DNA from: Armatimonadota bacterium
GTDB taxonomy: Bacteria; Armatimonadota; SYMT01
Length of the DNA stretch: 64,000 bases
Direction of reading: 5' to 3'
Assembly (NCBI GenBank): GCA_041690135.1
Contig: JAWLHY010000002.1
Coordinates: 816,342 to 880,341, forward strand
Part shown: piece by piece, positions 40,166 to 49,861 of the stretch
Layout of the letters: every line of letters starts with the position of its first letter
Numbering within the stretch: the first letter of the stretch is position 1
Translations under genes and position numbers: made by a program
The notes under the pieces: model-generated
The model's database searches: none
Seen by the model: the letters and a program-made list of their open reading frames with translations, nothing else
What the model was told of the DNA's origin: nothing

Positions 40166-40362
40166 GCGGAAGAACCCGGTTCCCGCATCCCAATGCCACA
40201 AATTGGCCTTTATCTCTCGAAGCGGTTGCCAGTATGTAGTTACGGGTACGTCGAGTACTTCCACCATGGTCAAGTTTTCCCCGGCAGCCCGTCCCTTTGG
40301 CACGGAACTTGCTGGGTAAGAGAGCAGGGGTGGTGTCGGTCTCACGCGGAGCGAAAGTCAGG

Positions 40363-42315
40363 ATGTCGGACACTTGCCTGGAACAGGAGATGGGTGGTAT
40401 TTCCGACAGAGGGTATGAAGCTTCACTGATGCCGGTTGACATGTACCGTACCCTGGTCGAGGTTCTTCCCGGTGCGGTCCTGGTGACGGATCCGGACCGC
40501 GAGCGACTCTACTTCGTGAGCGCGGAGTGCGTGCGCCTGTGGCATCCCGTCGATTCCCAGTCACTCGCCGCCTACCGCCAGGCGATGCTGCACCAGGCCG
40601 TGGATCCGGGCCTGGTCGTCAACTCCTGGGTGCGCCACGCAGAGTCGCCACTCCCCACCGCAGGGGTGAGTTCCGATCTTCTCCTGCGGGATGGGCGCGT
40701 CTTGCGTTGGACCACGCGCCCGCTGATGGATTCGCAGGGGCGGCCCGCGGGGGTGTTGCATGTCTTCGACGACACCACTCCGCACGGACGGAGCGCCACG
40801 ACCGATCAGGTGGCGGATGACCTTTTCCGGCTGACCTTTGAAAAGGCGGCCGTCGGGATGACGTTGATCTCCTCGGATTTCCGCTTCCTGCGCGCCAACG
40901 CTTCCTTTTGCCGGATGACCGGCTTCTCCGAGCGGGAACTCCTGGCTCACCGCGTCTTCGATCTCAACCATCCCGAGGAACCCCTCCAGCACGAAGCCTG
41001 GGCCAAGCATCTTTCGTTGGGTCAGGACACCTTTCATGAGGAGTGTCGCTTCCTGGCAAAGAACGCTTCCGCGGTTTGGGTCCACCTCTCGGTGTCTGTG
41101 GTGCGGGATGCCGATGGACGTCCCACGTACTTCATCGCGATGGCGGAGGACATCACCCAGCGGAAGAAACTGGAGCAGGAGCAGCAGCAACGGACCCAGG
41201 AGTTAATGACCCTGGCCACCACCGATCCGCTGACCGGGCTCTACAATCACCGCTTCATGCACGAGTTCCTGCAGCAGCGGATGGTCGAAGCGAAGCGGAA
41301 CGGGCAGCCGGTGACCGTTCTTATGCTGGATCTGGATCACTTCCGGGATCTGAATGAGGCGTATGGACACGACGCGGGCAATGTGGCGCTTCGGGCGGTG
41401 GCGGACTGTATGCGCCATAGCCTGCGTGAGGAGGACGTGGCCTGCCGGTATGGTGGCGAGGAGTTTGTGATGATCCTCGCCGGTGCGCCGCTCACGGCGG
41501 CGCTTGCCGCAGCGGAGCGGGTCCGGCGGCGGGTCGAGGAGATACGTCCCACGGCGTTCCGCGCGCATCCGATCACCTGTTCGATCGGGGTGGCCTCCTA
41601 CCCGGCACATGCCTCCACCGCCGCTTCACTGCTCAAAGCCGCCGATATGGCGCTCTACGAGGCGAAACGCGGCGGGCGGAACCGCGTATGCCGCTTTGAA
41701 CCGAGCCAGCACGCCTCGGCCCTCGACAATCTGGAGCAGCTCGCATCGGGTCTTCAGGGGGCCAGCCTGGATGCAGTCAACGCGCTGGTGACGGCCATCG
41801 ATCTGCGAGACCGTTACACGGGGGCCCACTGCCAGCGAGTGGGGCGGCTTTCGGTGGAACTGGCGGTGCGCCTGGGCTGTGCCGAGGAGCAGCTGGACAT
41901 CCTGCGGATGGGGTCCACCCTGCTGGACGTGGGTAAGATCGGTCTGCCGGACAGCGTCCTGACGAAGACGGGCCGGCTCTCCCGCCAGGAGTGGTCCCTC
42001 ATGCGGCAGCACCCCGTGTGGGGAGAGCAACTGGTGCAAAGCTCTGCGTTGCCGCCGCAGGTGCTGGAGCTGGTCCGCTGGCATCACGAGCGGCTGGACG
42101 GGTCCGGCTACCCCGATATGGTGGGGGGAAGCGATCTGCCCCTGTTAGTGCGCATCGTCAACGTAGCCGACGTGGCGGCCGCGCTCCGGGACGACCGGCC
42201 CCACCGGCGCGCTTGGCCGCGCGCCCGCGTCCTCGATTACCTCCAGCAACAGGCCGGCGCCAAGCTGGATCCGGATGTGGTTCGGGCCTACTTCGAACTC
42301 TACGGCACTCCCTGA
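40363..42315 (+). CDS. PAS-PAS-GGDEF-HD-GYP c-di-GMP signalling protein
   Basis: Two PAS/PAC; TDPLTGLYN, DLDHF, REED I-site, GGEEF; HD-GYP with H...V, HHERLDGSGYP, but LLDVGK in place of LHDIGK. Start uncertain. Confidence 0.9.
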   Translation: MSDTCLEQEMGGISDRGYEASLMPVDMYRTLVEVLPGAVLVTDPDRERLYFVSAECVRLWHPVDSQSLAAYRQAMLHQAVDPGLVVNSWVRHAESPLPTAGVSSDLLLRDGRVLRWTTRPLMDSQGRPAGVLHVFDDTTPHGRSATTDQVADDLFRLTFEKAAVGMTLISSDFRFLRANASFCRMTGFSERELLAHRVFDLNHPEEPLQHEAWAKHLSLGQDTFHEECRFLAKNASAVWVHLSVSVVRDADGRPTYFIAMAEDITQRKKLEQEQQQRTQELMTLATTDPLTGLYNHRFMHEFLQQRMVEAKRNGQPVTVLMLDLDHFRDLNEAYGHDAGNVALRAVADCMRHSLREEDVACRYGGEEFVMILAGAPLTAALAAAERVRRRVEEIRPTAFRAHPITCSIGVASYPAHASTAASLLKAADMALYEAKRGGRNRVCRFEPSQHASALDNLEQLASGLQGASLDAVNALVTAIDLRDRYTGAHCQRVGRLSVELAVRLGCAEEQLDILRMGSTLLDVGKIGLPDSVLTKTGRLSRQEWSLMRQHPVWGEQLVQSSALPPQVLELVRWHHERLDGSGYPDMVGGSDLPLLVRIVNVADVAAALRDDRPHRRAWPRARVLDYLQQQAGAKLDPDVVRAYFELYGTP

Positions 42316-42349
42316 TCGGGCCGGCAGGTCCCCTCGGCGCGAGGATCGG

Positions 42350-42463
42350 GCTGCGCCCACCGCGGAGCCTGGGGAATTGGCTCCGCGGTGGGCGCAGCTA
42401 AGGGGTGCATCCTGCAAGTGGCAGTCAGATTCCCACTTCGCCGGACACATCCGGCGAAGTGGG
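42350..42463. terminator. Two perfect GC-rich hairpins between convergent genes
   Basis: 20-bp stem 42350-42398 (9-nt loop) and 14-bp stem 42432-42463 (4-nt loop). Confidence 0.5.
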
Positions 42464-42737
42464 TCGGGGTCCGTCCGGCGAGCCTGCGAGAGTGGTACCT
42501 GTAGGGAACGTCTCGCCGTAGCGTTCCGCCGTCTTGGGGCTGATCCCGTCCTGGCCACTCGTACCCGTCCTGAACCAGGATTGGTCCGGTTTGGCGCAAC
42601 GGGATCAGCTTCACCATCTGCGGAATGGAGCGGCGTCACATTCCCTACCCTCCAGGGCGCACGTGACGCTGCGCGAGCCCGAACCCCTGCACCTGGGGTG
42701 GACAGAACACCGTAACGGCCTCCCTGGATGCACCCCC

Positions 42738-42856
42738 AAGGGGTAGGGGGGAAGTTTTTGACCGCTTGGCATGATCCTGTTTCTTCACCCAGGTTAGTGA
42801 GGCTTGCCGGAGTGATCCGTACGGACCTCCATATGGTGTACCGTACCTGCCCAGTT
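42738..42856 (+). repeat. Dispersed repeat family B, shortened copy
   Basis: GGGGGAAGT..TTGA.C.CT.GGCA..A.CCTGTTTCT...CAGGT.AG.G..CTTGCCGGAGTGA...CCGTACCTGCCCA. Confidence 0.55.
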
Positions 42857-42885
42857 ACTTGCAGGGACCTCTTACGCCCCCTGGA

Positions 42886-44844
42886 CTACTTACCGGACTT
42901 CCGTCTCGCCTTCAGCGGTTTCGCAGCCCGTGTTTTGACCGGCGACTGGGTTGCTCCGGCACCGGCCGCGGCTTCTTTCGCCTCCACGACCTCCTCCGCC
43001 TTGCGGGGCGGGAGGCTGGGGGGGAGTGCCTCCGGCGGCGGGATCGCGAACCCGCGCTCGGGGAGGAAGCCCCAATCCGTCGGCCACACCCGCCGATCCG
43101 GAAGAGTGCCCATCACCGGCGCGCCGGCGATATCGAGTGCCCGGCTCTCCATGAACCTCGCATTCTGCTGGAGTGGCAGGGGGGCGGCTCCCTTCTTCTC
43201 CTTTTTCATTAATGATTCCGCCCGGGGGCCGGGGGCCGGCCTGCCGAAGCCGTAAGGCCGTAGGGCCTTCCGGGCCGGTTCGGCCGGAGCCGCTGGGCCG
43301 GTGGGAGCGGGGGCGACCGCCGGTGGGGGGACGTTCGTCGCCGGTGCCGGCTTTTTCGCGAGCATGGGGTCGGCAGGCGTACTTCCGCGCGGGCTGGCGG
43401 GCGAGGCCCCGGCGAAACCGCCTCGGAGACCTCCGGTTACTTCCGCCCTCGCCTTTGCGGCGGGTTGGGATCGCTCCACGGGCTTGAGGATCAGTTGGTT
43501 GTCCTGCGGCAGGATCTGGAGCTGGTTCTGCAGAGCCACTTCTTGCAGCACGATCCAGAGCGGCGCCTGGGCCGCCGGACCCGTGAAATTCACGTTCGCC
43601 TGCGCGACGCGCGGGTCAACCTTCAGGACCACATCCGCGGCCTCCGTGAGCTGGCGTGCCGCCTCCTGGATGGTCCCGTTCCGGAAGGTGATTTCCACGG
43701 GCCGCTGCAGTGCCGTAAGCACCGCGGGAGATACCTCAAGTTCCTTCTCCTGGACTGCCTGCGCTTCGAGCTCCAGCTCCACCCCAAGGCTGATGTGGTT
43801 GGGGCGGGGTCCCTGGGCGTAAAGGCCGTCGGGTCGGATGGGGGCGGTGTCTTCGGCCGGTCCGCTGGGTTGGCTGTAGAAGTATTGGAGTGACGGCTTT
43901 TCGCTCTCGGCCACCGTTGCATCCAGCCGGGACATAGAGTCGGTCGCCGGCTTGCGCGGGGAGACGCCTCGGTTCCGCTCGTTCAAACGCCCACCGATGG
44001 CTGTCTTGCCGCGAGGGGAGTCGGTGGTCGGGGGAACGAGGGCCATCTCCGAACGGGAGAGCCGCGCCATCCGCTCGTCGACCGGCACGCCCAAGTCCTC
44101 CGCCTCCCGCCGGGCGGGCGAGACGGGCTGCTTCGGGGCAGTTTGTTTTTGCCGGAAATAGAGTGGCTCGGGCTTCCGGGCGAGCCGCCGGGTGTCCGTC
44201 ATCCTGGGCCGATCCGGCCCACCGGGTGTCGGCTCGGACGACGCAGGCCCGCGTTTCGTCCGCGAAGGGTTGTTGAACTCCCAGTTCCGCGTGGGCTTGT
44301 TGCCTGGTCCGGCTTGGAGCGCGGGGTCCGGCTCGGTTCGAGCCGGATCGGAGATCTGTGGGGAGCGACCCGCGGCAAACCAGCGACGGTCCGTTCCGCG
44401 GCTTGCGGAGACCGGTGCGTCCGCCTGGCCGCGGGGGATCGCGGTCTGGAGGGACGAGGCCGGGCGTGGGGGTTCCTGGAACACCGACTGGAGGTTGAAG
44501 TTCACCGCCAGGGCGGCGGCCATTCCGGCCGCGGCGATTGACCCGGTGGGCCAGATCCAGCGCAGCCAATCTCGGCGGGGGCGAGTAGGGGCGGGCGTGG
44601 AAGCCGGCCCGGCCGGGAGGTTTTCCTCTTCCGCCAGCCGTCTCCGGAAGTCCGCAAGCAGTCCCTCGGGAGCCGGGGAGGCCTGGGGCATGCGGAGAGC
44701 GACTTCGGCGGCCCGCAGCGCCTGCCACTGGCTCCGGCACCGGGAGCAGGCCTGCAGGTGCAGCTCCAGTTCGGCCATCCGGGCTCCGACCGGGTCGTCA
44801 TCCAGGACCCGGTCCATCCAGCGTTCCGCAGTCCGGCAATTCAT
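42886..44844 (-). CDS. ZAS (zf-HC2) anti-sigma factor with TM helix, long disordered region and C-terminal STN/N0-like domain
   Basis: MNC...W....LD, HLQACSRC (HxxxCxxC), TM near WPTGSIAAAGMAAALAV, then LQRPVEITFRN.TIQEA..QL...ADV...VDP.V....VNF.....PL..VL..VA....L; ATGA-coupled to the sigma gene. Confidence 0.85.
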   Translation of the reverse strand: MNCRTAERWMDRVLDDDPVGARMAELELHLQACSRCRSQWQALRAAEVALRMPQASPAPEGLLADFRRRLAEEENLPAGPASTPAPTRPRRDWLRWIWPTGSIAAAGMAAALAVNFNLQSVFQEPPRPASSLQTAIPRGQADAPVSASRGTDRRWFAAGRSPQISDPARTEPDPALQAGPGNKPTRNWEFNNPSRTKRGPASSEPTPGGPDRPRMTDTRRLARKPEPLYFRQKQTAPKQPVSPARREAEDLGVPVDERMARLSRSEMALVPPTTDSPRGKTAIGGRLNERNRGVSPRKPATDSMSRLDATVAESEKPSLQYFYSQPSGPAEDTAPIRPDGLYAQGPRPNHISLGVELELEAQAVQEKELEVSPAVLTALQRPVEITFRNGTIQEAARQLTEAADVVLKVDPRVAQANVNFTGPAAQAPLWIVLQEVALQNQLQILPQDNQLILKPVERSQPAAKARAEVTGGLRGGFAGASPASPRGSTPADPMLAKKPAPATNVPPPAVAPAPTGPAAPAEPARKALRPYGFGRPAPGPRAESLMKKEKKGAAPLPLQQNARFMESRALDIAGAPVMGTLPDRRVWPTDWGFLPERGFAIPPPEALPPSLPPRKAEEVVEAKEAAAGAGATQSPVKTRAAKPLKARRKSGK

Positions 44845-45461
44845 CCGTGTACCACTCCATCCGGATACCGGGCGACCCAACGCTTGGCGAAGGCCCGGCG
44901 CGCCCGGTGTAGCTTTACCTTCACCTGGGCCATCGTGTAACCCAGAACCCCCACCATCTCCTCGTAGGAAAGGTTCTGGAAGTAGCGGAGTACGATCACC
45001 ACCCGGTAATCCGGCGGCAACTCCGCCACCACTTCGCGGACCAGCGCCTCGTCGACCTCGCGTGTCAGGCTCGCCCACACCTCGGGGCCGTTATCGGGAA
45101 TCTCGCGCACGTTCTCGTCCTCCAGCGATGCCGGTGTCGACTTCGGACGCTTGCGGAGGTGTCCCACGCAGGTGTTGACGGTTACCCGGTAAAGCCAGGT
45201 CGAGAACGCCGCCTCCGCCCGGAACTCGCCCACCTTGCGATAGACGCGCAGAAAGGTCTCCTGGGTGCAGTCGCGGGCATCGTCCGGATTGCCCAGGATC
45301 CCAAGACATACGTTGTACACGTATTCTTGATGGCGCATGAACAATCGGTCGAAAGCCGCTTCATTGCCGGAGCGGAACGAAGCGATTAAATTCAGGTCGG
45401 AGTCGGCGGGGTCGGTCCGGCCGGTGGCCGACCGCTCCTCCAGACTCTGGCCCAGGGGCAT
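44841..45461 (-). CDS. ECF RNA polymerase sigma factor (SigW/RpoE-like)
   Basis: G.EAAFD.L, DARDCTQETF, FSTWLYR..VN, LP..YR.VI.LRY...LSYEE, VK.KLHRAR. Confidence 0.95.
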   Translation of the reverse strand: MPLGQSLEERSATGRTDPADSDLNLIASFRSGNEAAFDRLFMRHQEYVYNVCLGILGNPDDARDCTQETFLRVYRKVGEFRAEAAFSTWLYRVTVNTCVGHLRKRPKSTPASLEDENVREIPDNGPEVWASLTREVDEALVREVVAELPPDYRVVIVLRYFQNLSYEEMVGVLGYTMAQVKVKLHRARRAFAKRWVARYPDGVVHG

Positions 45462-45504
45462 GCTTAAGGACACCTTTCACCTGGTCCTGCAGTAGATACC
45501 GGTA

Positions 45505-45532
45505 AGATGCAGGGCGGTTCCGGAAGGTTACA
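45505..45532 (-). promoter_or_regulatory. Candidate autoregulatory ECF promoter
   Basis: Minus strand TGTAAC-N16-GCATCT about 45 bp upstream of the sigma start. Confidence 0.4.
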
Positions 45533-45572
45533 CCTACCCGGTGGATCTTTACGAGGATCGGAGGGGGTGAGG

Positions 45573-45604
45573 GATAACTCCGTGTCTACAATTCCGTCTA
45601 TAAT
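45573..45604 (+). promoter_or_regulatory. Promoter of the NHL operon (ECF-like and/or leaderless sigma70)
   Basis: GATAAC-N16-CGTC, immediately followed by TATAAT six bases before ATG 45611; no RBS. Confidence 0.45.
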
Positions 45605-45610
45605 CCAAGA

Positions 45611-46582
45611 ATGATCCGCGCTTCCGTCCGTACTCTGGGTTGGGTCGCGTGCCTCGCGCTGCTGACGGGTTGCGGTGCGGGGCGTCCGAGCGTACCGGCC
45701 GCCGAGCTCACCTTCGGGCGAGAAGGGGTGGACGACGGCCAGTTCCGCATGCCGCGGGAAGTCGGCTTCTCCCCGGACGGCAAGGAGCTCTACGTCCTCG
45801 ACCGTTCCCACCGCGTGCAGGTGTTTTCCCCGGATGGGGTCTTCCTCCGGATGTGGCCCACGCCCTTCGGACCGCTGGGGAATCCCCGCGGCCTGGACGT
45901 CACCCCGGACGGCCGGATCTTCGTCGCGGATACCCACAATAGCCAGGTTCTCGTCTACTCTCCGGACGGCAAGCTGATCCGCAAGTGGGGTAAGTCGGGG
46001 AAGGCGCCCGGCGAGTTCATCTCCGTAACGGATGTCGTCGTGGACCGGCAGGGATACCTCTGGACCTGCGAGTATGGCTCTTACAACGACCGGATCCAGA
46101 AGTTCACCCCGGAGGGCCGGGTCCTGTTGACCCTGGGGAAGTTCGGAAACGAGCCCGGCGAGTTCAGCCGTCCGCAGGGGATTGCCGTGGATCGGGATAA
46201 CCGTATCTTCGTGGCGGACTCCGTAAACCACCGCATCCAGATCTTGTCGCCGGAAGGAAAAGTCTTGAAGGTTTGGGGCGAAGTGGGTCAGGAGCCGGGG
46301 CAACTGCGCTATCCCTACGACGTGAGCTTCGATGCGGCGGGACGGCTTTACGTGGTGGAGTTCGGCAACTGCCGGGTTTCCGTGTTCACGCCGGAGGGAG
46401 AGTTCCTGACCAGTTTCGGGCGCCCCGGTCGGGAAGAGGGGGAGTTCGATCACCCGTGGGGAGTCAACGTGGCGCGGAACGGCGACATCTATGTCTCCGA
46501 TACCATGAATTATCGCATCCAGAAGTTCCCGCCGCTTCCCAAGACTATCGTGCGGCAGGCCTCCGCCCGGACTGCCCGTTGA
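45611..46582 (+). CDS. NHL-repeat six-bladed beta-propeller lipoprotein
   Basis: LLTGC lipobox; repeats G..PGEF..P.GIAVD..RIFVADS.NHRIQ. Confidence 0.9.
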   Translation: MIRASVRTLGWVACLALLTGCGAGRPSVPAAELTFGREGVDDGQFRMPREVGFSPDGKELYVLDRSHRVQVFSPDGVFLRMWPTPFGPLGNPRGLDVTPDGRIFVADTHNSQVLVYSPDGKLIRKWGKSGKAPGEFISVTDVVVDRQGYLWTCEYGSYNDRIQKFTPEGRVLLTLGKFGNEPGEFSRPQGIAVDRDNRIFVADSVNHRIQILSPEGKVLKVWGEVGQEPGQLRYPYDVSFDAAGRLYVVEFGNCRVSVFTPEGEFLTSFGRPGREEGEFDHPWGVNVARNGDIYVSDTMNYRIQKFPPLPKTIVRQASARTAR

Positions 46583-46592
46583 GGAGCACTCG

Positions 46593-49500
46593 GTGCCGCT
46601 GATCTCGTTTTCGCATCCCTGGTACCTGCTGCTCCTCCCCCTTCTCATCGCGGGGGTGGTCTACGTGGCGCGGCAGAGCCTCGCGGACCTGCGCGGCTCG
46701 CGGGCGAAGTGGTCGCTCGGACTGCGGGTCGGCCTGGTTACCTGCGCGGTGCTCGCCCTCGCGGGGCTGCAGATCCGCAAGCCCACCAAGAAGCTCGCGG
46801 TGATCTTTGTGCTGGACCAGTCGGACAGTATTCCCCCCGACCAGAAGGCCCGCGCCATCGATTACGTGAACGAAGCAGCCCGGAAGATGGGCAGCGACGA
46901 CTACGGCGGCCTGCTGGTCTTCGGCTCCGATGCCTACCTGGAAAAGGAGCCCGATAAGGCCCTGAAGATCAAGCAGGTCCACAGCCAGGTTCCCCGTGAC
47001 TACTCGAACCTGGCCGGCGCGCTCCGGCTGGCGCTGGCGGCCCTGCCGGAAGACAGCCAGCGGCGCGTGGTGCTGCTTTCGGACGGCAATGAGAACCTGG
47101 GCAGCGCGGTGGAAGAAGCCGCCACCGCCGTCTCCTCCAACGTCCAGATCGACGTCGTGCCGGTCTCCTACGAGTACCCGCACGAGGTGATGCTGGAGAA
47201 GATGGTCACCCCCAGCGAGGCGAAGGTCGGGGAGCCGTTCGAGATTCGGATCATCGCCCGCAGCACGGAGAAGGCGCCCGCCGTTATCCGGCTGCTGCGG
47301 AACGGGGAGTTGATCGCCCGGCAGGCGGTCGACCTGCTGGAAGGGCCCAACGTCATCAACTTCCCGCAGTCGCTGGAAGAGGCGCGGTTCCATTCCTACG
47401 AGGCCTTCATCGAGACCCCGAAGGACCAGTTGGCGGAGAACAACCGCGCCCTGGGCTTCGTGCTGGTGAAGGGCAAGCCCCGCGTCCTGATCGTCGAGAA
47501 CGATCCGAATGATGCCCGCTACCTGGCGTCCGCGCTGCAGGGGCAGAAGCTGGAAGTGGACGTCCGTTCGCCGGGGCGGCTGCCGGCTACGCTGGCGGAG
47601 TTCCAGACCTACGACAGCGTGGTGCTCAGCAATGTCGGCGCGTACCAGTTGACGCCGGACCAGATGAAGGCGATCCGGAGCAGCGTGCGGGATCTGGGTA
47701 CCGGCCTGGTGATGATCGGCGGCGAAAACAGCTTCGGGCCGGGCGCCTACCGCGGCACGCCGATCGAAGAGGCGCTGCCCGTCGATATGGAAGTCCGCAA
47801 GCATAAGGTGATGCCGGTCGGCGCCGTGGCGATGGTGCTGCACACCTGCGAGTTTCCGGACGGCAACCGCTGGGCGCGCGAGACGGCGGCGGCGGTGGTG
47901 GACGTGCTCGGCGAGCGGGACAAGGTGGGCGTGCTGCTGTACGGTGCGGGCGAGCAGTGGGGGATCCGCATGCAGCCCGCCGCCAACAAGGAGAAGATCA
48001 AGTCCGAGCTGTACCAGCTCGACCCCGGCGACATGCCGGACTTCCACCAGATCGTGAAGATGGCCCACGACGGCCTGGTCACCGACGCGAAAGAGGCCGC
48101 CGTCAAGCACATCATCGTGATCTCCGACGGAGACCCTTCGCCGCCGACCCCCGAGCTGATGGCGATGGTCCGGAAGGCGAAGATCACGATGAGCACGGTC
48201 TCCGTCTTCCCGCACGGCGGGGGGAGCGGAACGCTCGAGGGAATGGCTCAGGTAGGCAAGGGCCAATACTACGACGTGAAGAGCCCGAACGAGATTCCCC
48301 GCATTTTTCTCAAGGAGGCCCAGCGGGTCCTGAAACCGGCGATCATCGAGGAGCCGTTCACCCCGCGCATGCTGCCGGGCAGCCAGGTACTGGAAGGGAT
48401 CGGGGGCACGCCGCCCCTGATGGGCTACGTGGCGACCACGCCCAAGGAGGCGGCCAGTGTCGAGGTCGCCATGACCTCCAAGCGCGACGATCCCATCCTC
48501 GCTTCCTGGCGCTTCGGCCTGGGAAAAGCCGTCGCCTTCATGTCGGACGCCAAGAACCGCTGGGCGGCCCCCTGGGTCGCCGACGGGGGGACTTACTCAA
48601 AGTTCTGGGCGCAGACGATCCGCTGGACCGTCCGCAGCACGGCCCGCGCCGACCTGGATACCCAGGTGGAGATCAACCAGCGCAAGGGCAAGGTGACCAT
48701 CGACGTCGTGGATAACCAGGGGAACTTCATTAACATGCTCGACATCAAGGGGAGCGTGGCGGGAGAAAAGGTCTCGCCGCAGCTCCGCATCGAGCAGACC
48801 GCCCCGGGCCGATACGAGGGCGAGTTCGACGCGCCCGACAAAGGCCAGTATATGATCGGCCTGAGTTACCGCGACAGCCAGGGGAACCCCCGGATCCACA
48901 CCGTCGGCGCCGCCGTGCCCTATTCCCCCGAGTACCGGGATCTCCAGGCGAACACCGCCGTGCTCAGCAACCTGGCGGACCGCACTCGTGGTAAGGTGCA
49001 CCCCTCGCTGACGGCGAAGCCGGACGATACCGACCTGAAAACGGTATGGCGGCGGGATCGCCGCTCCCACAGCGCACCGCAGGACCTGTGGCCGCTGCTG
49101 ATGCTGCTGGCCGCCCTGCTGCTGCCGGTCGATATTGGAGTGCGCCGGTTAATGGTCACCCGCGCCGAGTGGGTTACCATGGCCGGCACCGTTTACGAGC
49201 GCACTCTCGGCCGCCTTTCCGGAGGCGCGCGGCGACGCGCCACGCGCGAGGAGGGGACCGGCCGTCTTCTGGGAGCGAAGTCCCGCGCCGCGCGCCGGAT
49301 GGGAGCGGAGTTGGACGCCGAGTCCCTGGCCGCCGCCGAGTCAGCCGCCGCGGAGACTGCGCCGGCACAAGGCGCCACTCCCACGCCAGCCGGCGAGCCG
49401 ACGCGCAAGACGTACGAAGGACCGACCCGGCGGATGCCCACGGTTCCGGGAGCCGGGTCCGTAACGCCCTCCCCGGCCGCGGGTGCGGGCGGGAAAGCGG

Positions 49501-49832
49501 CGCCCGTCCAGGGCATGGAAGCCCCCGCAACTCCCGCGTTGTCCGCCGCTCCACCGGCTCCTGCTTCCGCCCCGTCCGGGAATGGCGGCAAAGAGGCCTC
49601 CCCCGCGAAGAAGCCGGAGACGACAACCGCGCCCGCACCGGGTAAGACTCCTTCGAGTGGGTCCGTGGTGTGGCATAAGCCGGTTCCGGGCGTCACCCCG
49701 GAGGGCAGTGGTGCGGGTACGGGCAAGGACGCAACCGACACCGGCAAGCCGGCCGAAAAACCGGCGGAAGAGGGCGGCTCGACCAGCCGGCTCCTCGATG
49801 CAAAACGAAGAGCCCGTGACCGTAAGAACTGA
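46593..49832 (+). CDS. Membrane protein with BatA-like N-terminus, VWA, glutamine amidotransferase-like (DUF1355) and second VWA domain
   Basis: F.HPW.LLLL; DQSDS MIDAS; LLSDGNEN; GL.MIGG.NSFG.G.Y; HII.ISDG; P.LA.WR.GLG; YSPEY; C-terminal TM plus disordered tail. Confidence 0.85.
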   Translation: MPLISFSHPWYLLLLPLLIAGVVYVARQSLADLRGSRAKWSLGLRVGLVTCAVLALAGLQIRKPTKKLAVIFVLDQSDSIPPDQKARAIDYVNEAARKMGSDDYGGLLVFGSDAYLEKEPDKALKIKQVHSQVPRDYSNLAGALRLALAALPEDSQRRVVLLSDGNENLGSAVEEAATAVSSNVQIDVVPVSYEYPHEVMLEKMVTPSEAKVGEPFEIRIIARSTEKAPAVIRLLRNGELIARQAVDLLEGPNVINFPQSLEEARFHSYEAFIETPKDQLAENNRALGFVLVKGKPRVLIVENDPNDARYLASALQGQKLEVDVRSPGRLPATLAEFQTYDSVVLSNVGAYQLTPDQMKAIRSSVRDLGTGLVMIGGENSFGPGAYRGTPIEEALPVDMEVRKHKVMPVGAVAMVLHTCEFPDGNRWARETAAAVVDVLGERDKVGVLLYGAGEQWGIRMQPAANKEKIKSELYQLDPGDMPDFHQIVKMAHDGLVTDAKEAAVKHIIVISDGDPSPPTPELMAMVRKAKITMSTVSVFPHGGGSGTLEGMAQVGKGQYYDVKSPNEIPRIFLKEAQRVLKPAIIEEPFTPRMLPGSQVLEGIGGTPPLMGYVATTPKEAASVEVAMTSKRDDPILASWRFGLGKAVAFMSDAKNRWAAPWVADGGTYSKFWAQTIRWTVRSTARADLDTQVEINQRKGKVTIDVVDNQGNFINMLDIKGSVAGEKVSPQLRIEQTAPGRYEGEFDAPDKGQYMIGLSYRDSQGNPRIHTVGAAVPYSPEYRDLQANTAVLSNLADRTRGKVHPSLTAKPDDTDLKTVWRRDRRSHSAPQDLWPLLMLLAALLLPVDIGVRRLMVTRAEWVTMAGTVYERTLGRLSGGARRRATREEGTGRLLGAKSRAARRMGAELDAESLAAAESAAAETAPAQGATPTPAGEPTRKTYEGPTRRMPTVPGAGSVTPSPAAGAGGKAAPVQGMEAPATPALSAAPPAPASAPSGNGGKEASPAKKPETTTAPAPGKTPSSGSVVWHKPVPGVTPEGSGAGTGKDATDTGKPAEKPAEEGGSTSRLLDAKRRARDRKN

Positions 49833-49861
49833 GTCATTGATGATCAGAGGGGAGCGTCGCG

